Part shown: positions 34,101-42,601 of the stretch, piece by piece
How the letters are laid out: each line of letters begins with the position of its first letter
How positions within the stretch are numbered: the first letter of the stretch is position 1
NCBI GenBank assembly: GCA_963737065.1
Contig: CAVTRC010000001.1
Coordinates: forward strand, 2,016,001-2,080,000
Origin: Candidatus Eremiobacteria bacterium
GTDB taxonomy: Bacteria; Vulcanimicrobiota; Vulcanimicrobiia; Vulcanimicrobiales; Vulcanimicrobiaceae
Length of the DNA: 64,000 nucleotides
Direction: 5' to 3'
Notes under the pieces: model-generated
Database searches by the model: none
The model's input: only the letters and a program-made list of their open reading frames with translations
Told to the model about the DNA's origin: nothing
Position numbers and translations under genes: made by a program

Positions 34101-34984
34101 GTGGCGCGGATGCCGCGGGCAATGCGAGCCCGGGAACGACGACGCCCGCGTCGTGCGCGGCGCTTGCGACGCCCGGCACGCCGATCACGAATCCGTATTA
34201 CAACTCGCCCACGCAGGGTTTGTTCAACACGAGCGCTTGGTATGCACCGGGCGATGCCGGTCTTTCGCCGACGAACAACACCGCAACGACGTACTATGAC
34301 TCTCCGTGGAACCTGACCTGGCTGTTGAACTATCGTAAGCAAAAGCTTGCCGCGACGCTGTCGCTGCAGGCCGTCGAAGGTTCGTCATACGGCGGTCCGT
34401 TAGACACGTACGGATTCGATCCGCGCACCTGCGGTGCAAACTCGAGTTCCGCGACGCGTATCGATCCGGCGACCGGTAATCCGGTTGCCGTAACGCCCAT
34501 CACAGCGGTGTCGCCGAACACCGATCCGTTCAAGTGCGACGTTCTCACCTCGGTGGGCACGTTCTCCACGGCGGCGGGTCAACTGTTCATCCCGAATCCG
34601 CAAACGGGCTCCTTCGCGGCTCCCGGGCAATACCGGAATCCGTGGATTATGGTGGGAAATCTAGCACTTACCTACGACGTCTCGCCACGAATCTCAGCGA
34701 ACGTGACGTTCGCGAACCTGTTCCATACCTGCTTCGGTGGGTCGAGTGAGCCATGGACGACGGCCAATCCGCCGGGACGATATGTCTGCGGCTATGAAGC
34801 CAACGGTCCTACCGGGTTCTATAACTCCAACTTCTACAACGGTACAAGCCCGAACGACATCGCAGCGAACGGCGTAGCCGTACCGTCGTGGCAGCAGAAC
34901 TCGTATTCACCTCGCTCGTTCTCGGATGCCGGAGCGATTCCGAATCCGTTGAACGTGTACTTCCAGGTCACGGTGAAGATCTAA
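31142..34984 (+). CDS. TonB-dependent-receptor-like outer-membrane protein with carboxypeptidase-regulatory-like N-terminal domain
   Basis: Signal peptide ...WALAGTTG; plug-like YDGIPVN and GFINQV; C-terminal beta-signal-like VYFQVTVKI; start may be TTG about 31172. Confidence 0.85.
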   Translation: MSLNSTEGYRLNTKPTLRRVAVALMLLVAFLFQGTWALAGTTGGISGQVTDEAGAPVPGASVRAVSASQSASATTDASGRFNFLSLAPDTYTVSIEKDGFNPLSYAGITVFADNNLTLSFKMQKALKTIAKVSATSAGNLVKSGVGSDIYSVNSQAITTASSLGGGGNLNSAYSAISSVPGVTVPSGGMGWNQATYVRGSQSFFTGFEYDGIPVNRAFDNYNSSTESNLGLQELQVYTGGGPASSSSAGTSGFINQVFKTGTYPGYMDLSGGIGTPTFYHQAKVEAGGATPDRRFSYYVGISGYNQGFRVLDNSNGASLNTTPTGIYAGQSLAGSPFILNSIPAMQAECSPGTANDPNPLLSMPASYYAADVGALGGTGSCYIPYSGLYGNIAQIADRENVANFHFRIPQKNGTSDDIQLLGSTSMMNSQFYTSANDAGGLPVYSLGIFGTPYCNPQTSLTPSGAGCTPTPNGNYPAYVDATVFNAPFGTPVAGLKATSYYQPSSPTDRAFNAPLPADLRDGIMNDAGIVKLQYTHQFSSNAFARVFGYTFFSDWTQAGANSALDCYVTGIGPCFSGVAANYDLITHTGGGQLELVDQLTSQHLVQLTANYTTANVVRFNNTGFTGGASPVGLISQSNGIFTCYDTTGAPVPCSKATQSNAADIAANGVPPIPAGSAAAGAGAQWVTLWQGNSRGTYNTVKPQFSFISLSDQWRPSDRLLFDAQVRYENYKYGLVSNPGEATDFYAQIVSNDVCQNSSGTVLTKPLPPGVPPPAPVIYTPTCPAGYAHPAFSANSPGSYVIQDLSPRFSMTYTESPDTVWRASIGRFTEPPISASVQYLNNSGNSLSTWNATLPLGFYSPFHPIPAMSATQADLSLEHHIHGTDMSFKLSPFFNFTTGYQEQSFIGPNFVTQAPVGNFRSQGAEFAFTKGDFAKDGLSTQVSLTYTNARVQYTNWFGVNQMATVNSAVQQYNLLTKGGGGSPYYCAGGADAAGNASPGTTTPASCAALATPGTPITNPYYNSPTQGLFNTSAWYAPGDAGLSPTNNTATTYYDSPWNLTWLLNYRKQKLAATLSLQAVEGSSYGGPLDTYGFDPRTCGANSSSATRIDPATGNPVAVTPITAVSPNTDPFKCDVLTSVGTFSTAAGQLFIPNPQTGSFAAPGQYRNPWIMVGNLALTYDVSPRISANVTFANLFHTCFGGSSEPWTTANPPGRYVCGYEANGPTGFYNSNFYNGTSPNDIAANGVAVPSWQQNSYSPRSFSDAGAIPNPLNVYFQVTVKI

Positions 34985-35027
34985 TCGATCTTCACGCGTA
35001 GCCACCGAGGCTGCGTAAAACCGAACC

Positions 35028-35085
35028 GAGCCCCGTATGGCTTTGCGCGAAAGCGCAAACCCTGCGGGGCTCACTCTTTTTCTTT
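35028..35085 (+). terminator. Long hairpin terminator after the TonB receptor
   Basis: GAGCCCCG...TTTGCGC-GAAA-GCGCAAA...CGGGGCTC followed by a T-rich tract. Confidence 0.65.
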
Positions 35086-35099
35086 CGAATACGCGCGCG

Positions 35100-35309
35100 A
35101 TGCAACACGGCTACAAGTGCGAGGATTGTGAAGTCGCGATCTTTCCGACGACGACACACAGCGAACTCGCATGGCTGCGAGATCGCGTGCACGTGGCACG
35201 CGAAGTTGCAAAGCACTCGAGCGGCGGGCTCGATACGTGGATGAACGAAGGGCTAGAGTTTCTGAACGACCACCAAGGCCATTCAATCGTGCTCGTCAGT
35301 CGCCGCTAA
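35100..35309 (+). CDS. Small hypothetical protein, possible Zn-binding (CxxC...HxxH)
   Basis: MQHGYKCEDC...NDHQGH; a decayed copy at 37151-37257 conserves the C-terminal peptide, supporting coding status. Confidence 0.75.
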   Translation: MQHGYKCEDCEVAIFPTTTHSELAWLRDRVHVAREVAKHSSGGLDTWMNEGLEFLNDHQGHSIVLVSRR

Positions 35310-35390
35310 CAACGCGCTCGTATTCGTTTCGCCTCGCGCCGTCAGATGAGGAGTGGAACTCTGCTCCCGCTACGAAGCGTATATTCACCA

Positions 35391-36453
35391 ATGGTGCGAT
35401 CACTGTGGAAAGCGGTTCTATCATCCGTCGCGGTGCTCTTCGGGACACTCGTTCTTATCGGCGCCATGCCAAACTTTTCGGGTGGCGCGGCGTGGCTCAA
35501 TTCGCCGCCTCTCACGCCGGCTGCACTCCGCGGCAAAGTCGTACTCGTCGATTTCTGGGAGTACACGTGTATCAATTGTTTACGCACCCTGCCGTATCTG
35601 CGTGAGTGGTATCGCCGGTATCACGACGACGGCTTGGTGATCATCGGCGTGCATACGCCCGAATTCGCGTTCTCAGGAGACGATCGTAACGTTACGGATG
35701 CCGTGAAGCGGCTTGGCATTGCATGGCCCGTCGTGCTCGACGACGGGTACGCCGTTTGGAACCGCTATCACAACAACATCTGGCCGCACGAGTTCTTGTT
35801 CGATCAAAATGGAAATCTGGTGGAAAGCCAAGAAGGCGAGGGCAACTACCAGCAGACCGAACAAAAGATACAAGCGCTTCTGCATGCCGAAAATCCGCAG
35901 CTGCGCTTGCCCGCGGTGATGGCACTGCTTCCGCAAGACAGTTACAACAAGCCCGGAGCGGTCTGTTACCCGAAGACACCGGAAACGTACGTTGGACCGT
36001 GGCACGGTCAGCACGTCGCCAATCGGCCGCAGCTTTTCGATCCCACGCAATACATCGATCGCGGCGGTGATCGCGAAGACGGCAAAGTGTACTTGCAAGG
36101 GTCCTGGACGATCTCACCGCAGGGGCAAGCGATGATCTCCGCGGCGAACGACGGCTATGCGGCGCTGCCCTATCACGCGATCCAAGTCGTCGCGGTCATG
36201 CGTCCGCAGCAAGGCACGCCGGTACGCGTTGTGGTGACGCAAGACGGCAAGCCCGTACCACATTCGGATGCCGGTAAAGACCTCGCATACGACGCGCTCC
36301 GGGACATCGTATGTCACGGTCGATGCCGCACGCGCGTATGACTTGGTAATGAATGCGCGCTTCGGCTCGCACGAATTGCGGCTGTCGCCCGATCGTGCCG
36401 GCTTGGGCTTATACAGTTTCGACTTTGAATCGTGCGAGGTTCCTAAGACGTGA
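35391..36453 (+). CDS. Exported redoxin/thioredoxin-like protein (DipZ C-terminal type); frameshift near 36300
   Basis: VDFWEYTCINC, GVHTPEF, TPETY; C-terminal YSFDF in the shifted frame. Confidence 0.85.
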
Positions 36454-36458
36454 TCACC

Positions 36459-37086
36459 ATGCGATACGTCCGCGCGTGCTGCGCTGCGATCGTGTTTCTC
36501 TTTGCGCGCCTACGCAATTGCGCCCGCCGACGAAGGGCCGACGGTCACAGGCCCTCCCTCATTGTCTGAGCAGCAATTCGTGCAGTCCGTGCAGTCCGAT
36601 TTGCTTCGTCGCTTTCCACACGTAGCGGATGCGTTACATGCGGGCTACGTACGATACACTGCGCCGGACGAGTCCGGTGCAATCAGCTATGCAAACCAAC
36701 AATGGTCGTCGGATCAAACTCATCCGAGCCAACTGTGGTACGACAAAAGCGGCAATTTGCTTGGCGCCGATTTTTCGGTTCTCCGCCCGAACAACGAGCC
36801 GCGGCCGCAGCTCTGGGGCGTCGATCCCGGACGCTGGGTTGAACTAAACGGCCACGTGCACTACGTCACCAAAGACTCCAGCGGCGCGCTCAAATACGAT
36901 CAGTGGGTGTGGAATCAGCAGTGGGTTGCGGCGGGCGGTTCGCTGACCTCGCCGTCGGCCGACACGTTGGTGAAGCTGGGAAAAGTTAAATCAGCAAGTG
37001 ACGTGGTTACCGTCTTCGAGTTCCCAACAATTTGGGACTTGACCGTGTGGGTCGTGCCGCACGCGAACCCCTTCTCCTGGGATTAA
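36459..37086 (+). CDS. Secreted hypothetical protein (probable frameshift in the signal peptide)
   Basis: 194-aa ORF from 36502; upstream ATG 36459 gives a signal-like N-terminus in another frame. Confidence 0.65.
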
Positions 37087-37100
37087 TAAAAGACGCAACA

Positions 37101-37130
37101 AAAGACGCCGCATCCCGCGGCGTCTTTTTT
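37101..37130 (+). terminator. Rho-independent terminator
   Basis: AAAGACGCCGC-ATCCC-GCGGCGTCTTTTTT. Confidence 0.75.
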
Positions 37131-37150
37131 CCAGACGGTGAACGTCCCTC

Positions 37151-37257
37151 GTCGAGCGTTGCGAAGTCCGTCTTCCCGGCGACCAGGCGCAGCGAACTGG
37201 TTGGAGTTTCTGAACGACCATCAAGGTCACTCGATCGTCCTTGTAAGTCGACGCTAG
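37151..37257 (+). pseudogene. Decayed, internally deleted copy of the 35100-35309 gene
   Basis: 37201-37257 encodes LEFLNDHQGHSIVLVSRR*, identical to the 35100 C-terminus with synonymous changes; upstream CEV..FPATRRSEL matches CEVAIFPTTTHSEL. Confidence 0.8.
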
Positions 37258-37271
37258 CCACGTGATAGACT

Positions 37272-37814
37272 ATGCGTGACATGCCGGTCGAGTATCGCAC
37301 GGAGCCCGAATACTGGGAGTATCTTGACGGCGAGGTTCATCCAAAGGTGAGCCCGCGTCAACGGCACGCAATCGTGCAAACGCGCCTTGCCTCCATGATG
37401 CTTAAGGCGGCTGCAGGGCGAGGGCAGGTAGGAACGGAGTGGGACATTTGGCTTCCGGACCACGAGAAGTTAACGAAATTTATCCCGGACGTTTCATTCT
37501 TCTCTTTCGATCGCTTGCGTGAGATGGGTGAACGCGATGCAGAATTTCCGCCATGCGCGCCCGATATAGCATGCGAAGTGTGGTCGCCGGGTGACCGTCG
37601 CGCGTACCTCGAAAAGAAAATTAGCCTTTATTTAACGCATGGTTCACTCGTCGTGCTCGATGTCAATTTTCTTGCGCGTACCATCGACGTTCACGACAAG
37701 ACTAGCGTTCGGACATTACGCGCACTCGATACATTTGCGCACGTGCTGGTTCCGTGGCTCGTATTTCACGTCGCTGAGGTCTTTCGGGATCTCGATATTC
37801 CGCCCACAAAATAG
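37272..37814 (+). CDS. Uma2 family (DUF820) putative endonuclease
   Basis: EYLDGEV, SP..RH, IPDV, APDIACEVWSPGD, EKKISLYL. Confidence 0.88.
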   Translation: MRDMPVEYRTEPEYWEYLDGEVHPKVSPRQRHAIVQTRLASMMLKAAAGRGQVGTEWDIWLPDHEKLTKFIPDVSFFSFDRLREMGERDAEFPPCAPDIACEVWSPGDRRAYLEKKISLYLTHGSLVVLDVNFLARTIDVHDKTSVRTLRALDTFAHVLVPWLVFHVAEVFRDLDIPPTK

Positions 37815-37843
37815 AAGACGCCGCTATCATACGGCGTCTTTTT
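37815..37843. terminator. Terminator between convergent Uma2 and LysM genes
   Basis: AAGACGCCG-CTATCATA-CGGCGTCTTTTT. Confidence 0.65.
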
Positions 37844-37864
37844 CATTTCACGGAGATAGAACCG

Positions 37865-38146
37865 TTATTGCGGGACGCGCAACCGTTGCCCCGGCTCGAG
37901 GCTCGTCGCGTGCAAACGGTTTGCGTCGGAGATGCGATCGATCGTTTCTTGCACGTCGCCGTCGTTTGACGTGTTTGATGCGGCGATCGACCACAATGTG
38001 TCGCCCGGCCGCACCGTGATCGTTGTATAGTGTTGCGCCGTGGCCGCGTAAAGATGGATGCCCGAGAGCGTCGGTAGCGCGACGATGAGACCAAGCGCAG
38101 CGAGCGTGATCGCCGGCATCAGAGTGAATTTCTTGCGCTTACCCAC
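37865..38146 (-). CDS. LysM-domain membrane protein, YneA-like SOS cell-division inhibitor candidate
   Basis: N-terminal TM helix; TVRPGDTLWSIA...LEPGQRLRVP; divergent from lexA. Confidence 0.8.
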   Translation of the reverse strand: MGKRKKFTLMPAITLAALGLIVALPTLSGIHLYAATAQHYTTITVRPGDTLWSIAASNTSNDGDVQETIDRISDANRLHATSLEPGQRLRVPQ

Positions 38147-38175
38147 CGTTTTTGCAGCCTTTCGACATCTTGTGC

Positions 38176-38290
38176 CAAACGAGCGTTCGAGCACTATTTC
38201 GGTCCATATGTTGGGCCAAACACCTGTTTGTCCCCAAGATTTTACCACAGCGCTTCGAAGAGCTGTCAAGGTTTCTCGAACGTATGTTTG
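38176..38290. promoter_or_regulatory. Three Gram-positive-type LexA (SOS) boxes
   Basis: CAAACGAGCGTTCG (38176), CAAACACCTGTTTG (38217), CGAACGTATGTTTG (38277) fit GAAC-N4-GTTY or its single-mismatch variant. Confidence 0.75.
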
Positions 38291-38368
38291 CCTTTTCCTG
38301 ACTCCTATGGTAGGGTTGTACAGCAAGCCCATGCCAGACGCATGGCATTTTGTAGCTGAAAGAGACGA

Positions 38369-38541
38369 GGGGGCCCCGCTGTAGCGGGGGGCGCGCAGCC
38401 GAAGGCGGAGTGCCTTTCAAACCTACGGGGTCCCCAAAACGCGAAGCGTCACGATGGGGACCCGCTGTAGCGGGGGCGCGCAGCCGAAGGCGGAGTGCCT
38501 TTCAAACTACGGGGTCCCCAAAGTGCGAAGCAGTTTGGGGG
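38369..38541 (+). repeat. Two tandem copies of a ~88-bp three-hairpin palindromic element upstream of lexA
   Basis: GGGG(C/A)CCCGCTGTAGCGGGGGCGCGCAGCCGAAGGCGGAGTGCCTTTCAAAC..TACGGGGTCCCCAAA occurs twice. Confidence 0.9.
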
Positions 38542-38545
38542 TATT

Positions 38546-39160
38546 TTGGACAAGCCAGCGACAGAGCGACAGCAGCGGATTCTCGAAGTGATTCGCGCCT
38601 TTACCGCAGAGCACGGTTATCCGCCGTCCGTTCGCGAGATCGGCGAGCGCGTCGGCTTATCGTCGTCGTCGACGATTCACGCGCATCTGAAGGCGCTGGA
38701 ACGGCGCGGTCTGATCTCGCGCGATCCGACGAAGCCGCGCGCGCTGCGCTCCGATTTGAACGTCCCGCGTACCCGTCAGCCCGACACCGTCGTCATGCCG
38801 ATCGTCGGCAAAGTGGCCGCCGGCGTTCCGATTACCGCCGAAGAGAATCTCGAGGGCGAGTTCGTTCTGCCGACGTCATTCGTGCCGCGTTCGTCCGATG
38901 CGTTCATGCTGCGCGTGCAGGGTGACTCGATGGTTGAAGCCGCGATCCTCGATGGCGATCTCATTCTGGTGCGTCCGCAAAAAACCGCGAGCAACGGTGA
39001 AATCGTTGTCGCGATGCTCGATGGTGAAGCGACGGTCAAGCGCTTCTATCGCGAGAACGGGCAAGTCCGTTTGCAGCCGGAGAATTCCGCGATGGCGCCA
39101 ATCTACGCGAGCGATGTCGACATCATCGGCCGCGTGGAGGCTGTCGTCCGCCGCCTTTAG
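38546..39160 (+). CDS. lexA: SOS repressor LexA
   Basis: GYPPSVREIG, VAAG cleavage site, GDSM catalytic Ser, ATVKR Lys; TTG start assumed. Confidence 0.96.
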   Translation: MDKPATERQQRILEVIRAFTAEHGYPPSVREIGERVGLSSSSTIHAHLKALERRGLISRDPTKPRALRSDLNVPRTRQPDTVVMPIVGKVAAGVPITAEENLEGEFVLPTSFVPRSSDAFMLRVQGDSMVEAAILDGDLILVRPQKTASNGEIVVAMLDGEATVKRFYRENGQVRLQPENSAMAPIYASDVDIIGRVEAVVRRL

Positions 39161-40304
39161 TGCGGTCACCGGCGCGGCGGCTCGATTTAAAGCCGTAGCC
39201 GACCTTCCGTTTATAGCTGCAACGCGCGACGCGCTGCCTTGGAGTTTCGTCGCGTTGCTGGCGGCTTTCGTTGTTCTTTTGCCGCTCGTCCCCGCGCCCG
39301 GGCCGGTATTCGGGCCGGGTCTCGGATTGCGCGTCTCGTCGGCATTGTTACCGGCATTCGGGATTATGGGGGCCGCACTTGCGCCCGCACTCGGATGGCA
39401 CTATGCGAAGCGGACGGCACTCCCGTTCGCGCCCGCGATCGCCGGGACGTTGTTGGCCTACCTGGTCGCGTTGCCGCCGCTCCATGGATCGGCCCTCGAT
39501 TATCTACGGCTCGTCGGTCCGAGCGGGTTGTTTCTCGCACTCGGTATCGCGGGCGCGTTCGCGCTCTGCGCGCGACTGTTGCGAAATGCGTGGGCCGCTG
39601 CGGCCACCGTCGTCGTACTCTGCTGCATCCTTCATTTCGAACACGTCTCATTGACCGCCGCAGTGCAAGCCGTTCTCAAACCGCTCGGAACGCTCGGCGA
39701 CACATATTTTGCGTTCGTCTTCATCGTGTTCATCGAAACGCTCTTGTGGACGTTCGGCATGCATGGACCGGCGCTGCTGGCGGCCGTCGTCACGCCGGTC
39801 TATCTGACGTTGCAGATGCAAAATACGACCGCGTTCCAATCGCATGCGGCGCTGCCGCACATCGTCGTCGTGTCATTGTTTCTCTTTGTATTTCCCGGCG
39901 GGTCGGGCGGAACGCTTCCCCTGGCCGCACTGCTTGCCGTTTCGCGAGTCCGTAAGCTGCATAGGATCGGCCGCGCGACGATGCTTCCCGCGCTCTTCAA
40001 CATCAACGAGCCGCTGATCTTCGGCGCGCCGATCGTGTTCAATCCGTATCTCGTTCCGCCGTTTCTCATCGTCCCGTTGGTTCTCGCGACGACGACGTAT
40101 TTTTCGATGCAGTGGGGCTGGGTGGGACGTCCGGCGTTTTACGTGCCGTCGTCGGTTCCGACGGTTATCTCTACGTATGTCGCTACGCTCGATCCGCGCG
40201 CCGTTTTACTGGCGATCGTCAACATCGCGATCGCAGCCGTCGTGTACTTCCCGTTCGTGCGCGCATACGAAGCGCATTACGCCGAACCAGACCGCGCACG
40301 GTGA
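39160..40304 (+). CDS. PTS EIIC component, lactose/cellobiose family
   Basis: LLWTFGMHG, GGSGGTLPL, PALFNINEPLIFGAPIVFNP; start unclear. Confidence 0.85.
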
Positions 40305-41548
40305 TCGAGCTTCTCTGCGAACGGTTCGGAATCGGCGGCCGCGTTCGTGAAGCGGCCCTGCGTGCGCACGAACGGGTGCGCGATGTGCGCTATCCCGCAC
40401 AAGAGACGGTGAAGGCAAACGTATTACGCGCGTTTCTCGATGAGGGCATTGCGGAGAGCGATCTTGGCGGTTCGACCGGATATGGCTATGACGACGCTGC
40501 GCGCGAACGGTACGAGTCGTTGCTCGCGCGCGTGTTCGGGGCGGAACGTTGTCTCGCGCGATTGTCGATCGTCAGCGGAACGCATGCGATCGTGATCGCG
40601 CTTGCCGCGTGCGTTCCTCCCGGAAAACGGTTGATCTCGGTGGCGGGTCGTCCGTATGACACGTTACGCAATGCGATCTGCACGGCACCCGATTCACTGG
40701 TCGCGCAAGGTGTCGCGTACGACGAAATCGCCCTTTGCGCGAGTGACGATCTCGATCTCGATACGATCGCGCGAAGCGTTCGACGCAACGACGTGGCAGC
40801 AATTTTCGTGCAGCGTTCGCGCGGCTACGCGGCGCGACGTTCGCTCGATATTGCGCGAATCGAAACGTTGACGTCGCGCGTACGCGAGGCTGCGCCGCAC
40901 GTCCTCATTCTCGTCGACAACTGCTATGGCGAACTCGTCGAGCCACGAGAACCCACTCACGCCGGCGTGGACCTCGTGATGGGCTCGCTGATTAAGAACT
41001 TGGGCGGGTCCCTCGCGCCCGCGGGCGGCTACGTAGCCGGGCGGGAAACCGCCGTCGCTCGCGTTGCTGCGCGGCTCTATGCGCCGGGACTCGGCGGAGC
41101 GCTCGGGCCGACGCTCGGCTTCGGGCGCGCCTTCATTCAAGGCCTCTTTCTCGCACCGCTCGTCGTCGAACAGACCCTGCGCGGCTTGGATTTCGCTGCC
41201 GCACTCTTCGCGGAGTTAGGGTTTCGCGTCGATCCGCTGCCCGGCGCAGCGCGGACGGACATCGTGCAGGCAATCCGTCTGGAAAACACCGAGCGCCTCT
41301 TACGCTTCGCCCGTGGACTCCAGCAAGCGATGCCCGTCAATGCAAAATTTGCGCCGGAACCGGCCCCGGTGCCGGGTTACGTGGATCCCGTCGTTATGTC
41401 GAGCGGCGCGTTCGTTGCGGGTGCGACCATCGAACTTTCGTGCGATGCGCCCTTACGCGAGCCGTACGAGGTGTACTTACAAGGTGGGCTCATAACCGAG
41501 CATACGATGCTCGGTGCACTTTTCGCGGCGCGGGCGGTTCTTGAATAA
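40301..41548 (+). CDS. Methionine gamma-lyase family protein (YnbB-like)
   Basis: STGYGYDD, SGTHAI, QRSRGY, VDNCYGE, GSLIKNLGG. Confidence 0.9.
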   Translation: MIELLCERFGIGGRVREAALRAHERVRDVRYPAQETVKANVLRAFLDEGIAESDLGGSTGYGYDDAARERYESLLARVFGAERCLARLSIVSGTHAIVIALAACVPPGKRLISVAGRPYDTLRNAICTAPDSLVAQGVAYDEIALCASDDLDLDTIARSVRRNDVAAIFVQRSRGYAARRSLDIARIETLTSRVREAAPHVLILVDNCYGELVEPREPTHAGVDLVMGSLIKNLGGSLAPAGGYVAGRETAVARVAARLYAPGLGGALGPTLGFGRAFIQGLFLAPLVVEQTLRGLDFAAALFAELGFRVDPLPGAARTDIVQAIRLENTERLLRFARGLQQAMPVNAKFAPEPAPVPGYVDPVVMSSGAFVAGATIELSCDAPLREPYEVYLQGGLITEHTMLGALFAARAVLE

Positions 41549-41585
41549 AGGCGGCTTACCCGGCGCAGAGAATCAGCTTCCACCA

Positions 41586-41951
41586 GTGAGTACGCAAGAA
41601 GACCGCTCTCACGAGCGCCGGTTTTTCCGAGCATCAGTTGACTTTCCCGTGACGGTTATCGTTCCGGGTCACGAGCTCGTTCTTTCGGGCAGGGCGCTCG
41701 ATCTGAGTCGCGGCGGTATGCGCGTCTCGACGAATACCGATCTTCCGGCGGGACAACCGATCATGTTGCGGTTCGTACTTCCGAACAGCGAGCGCGAACT
41801 ACTCGTCCGCGCGAAAATCGTGCTGTCGTTTTTTGATAATTCGTCACAAATGTACGCGCACGGCATTGCATTCACGCAATACACCACGCACGATCACGAC
41901 CAGATCGCGAATTTCGTCACCAACGTGGAAAGCCGTCCGCAGGGTAGTTAG
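41586..41951 (+). CDS. Single-domain PilZ protein
   Basis: RRFFR and DLSRGG motifs. Confidence 0.85.
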   Translation: MSTQEDRSHERRFFRASVDFPVTVIVPGHELVLSGRALDLSRGGMRVSTNTDLPAGQPIMLRFVLPNSERELLVRAKIVLSFFDNSSQMYAHGIAFTQYTTHDHDQIANFVTNVESRPQGS

Positions 41952-41953
41952 AA

Positions 41954-42175
41954 CTACGGGCGTTGTTCGCCCGACTCACCCATGAAACCGTAGAAAAAGT
42001 AACGGTTCCCGTCGGACGTCGTAATGACGATCCGAGTATCTTGAATTTCAGCTGCTTTGATCGTCTTGCCGATCAATGTCTCAAGAATAGACTGCGCTTG
42101 CATGAATTCGGCCTCGCGCAGTGCATCCGGCTCTACCTCTATGAGCTCGAGAAGCTCGTCGATCCGGTCGTTCAT
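41954..42175 (-). CDS. Small hypothetical protein
   Basis: MNDRIDELLELIE... fills an intergenic gap; AAGGTG RBS-like sequence. Confidence 0.6.
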   Translation of the reverse strand: MNDRIDELLELIEVEPDALREAEFMQAQSILETLIGKTIKAAEIQDTRIVITTSDGNRYFFYGFMGESGEQRP

Positions 42176-42295
42176 CGTCACCTTTTGAATAATCGTCCGC
42201 CCCGGCGGTTTTGTTAGCGTATCGTAAGCATCAACTCGCCTGGACGCCGTTCCTACCAGGAGCCGGGCGGCTTCATCAGCGAAGGCCACGCCGCC

Positions 42296-42589
42296 ATGTA
42301 CCTACTCGAGGTCCTCAGCGGACCATTAGATGGAAAAACCTGGACGTTCGAGAGCGAAATTACGATTGGGCGCGACGATTCGGTCGCAGAAGCGTGCATC
42401 CCCCTTGACCGCTATGTTTCCCGCAAACACGCGCACCTACGCGTCGAGGGCCGGACGCTGCATGTCACCGACTTGGAAAGCCGTAACGGCACGAAAGTAA
42501 ACGGGGAAGTCGTCAACGGCAAGGCGACGCTCGATATCGGTGCGCCTTTTATCGTGGGGCGGACCGTGCTGCGTGTAACGCGCGCGTAA
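42296..42589 (+). CDS. FHA domain protein
   Basis: IGR, VSRKHA, DLESRNGTKVNG. Confidence 0.9.
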   Translation: MYLLEVLSGPLDGKTWTFESEITIGRDDSVAEACIPLDRYVSRKHAHLRVEGRTLHVTDLESRNGTKVNGEVVNGKATLDIGAPFIVGRTVLRVTRA

Positions 42590-42601
42590 GCAAGCGCAGG
42601 A

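Noticed and set aside
35250..37257. Integrative element bounded by attL/attR
   Set aside because: No integrase; the two copies differ at many synonymous sites and the remnant includes 5' gene sequence.
37272..37814. Uma2 gene as part of a restriction/defence system
   Set aside because: Stand-alone; no methyltransferase or other defence partner nearby.
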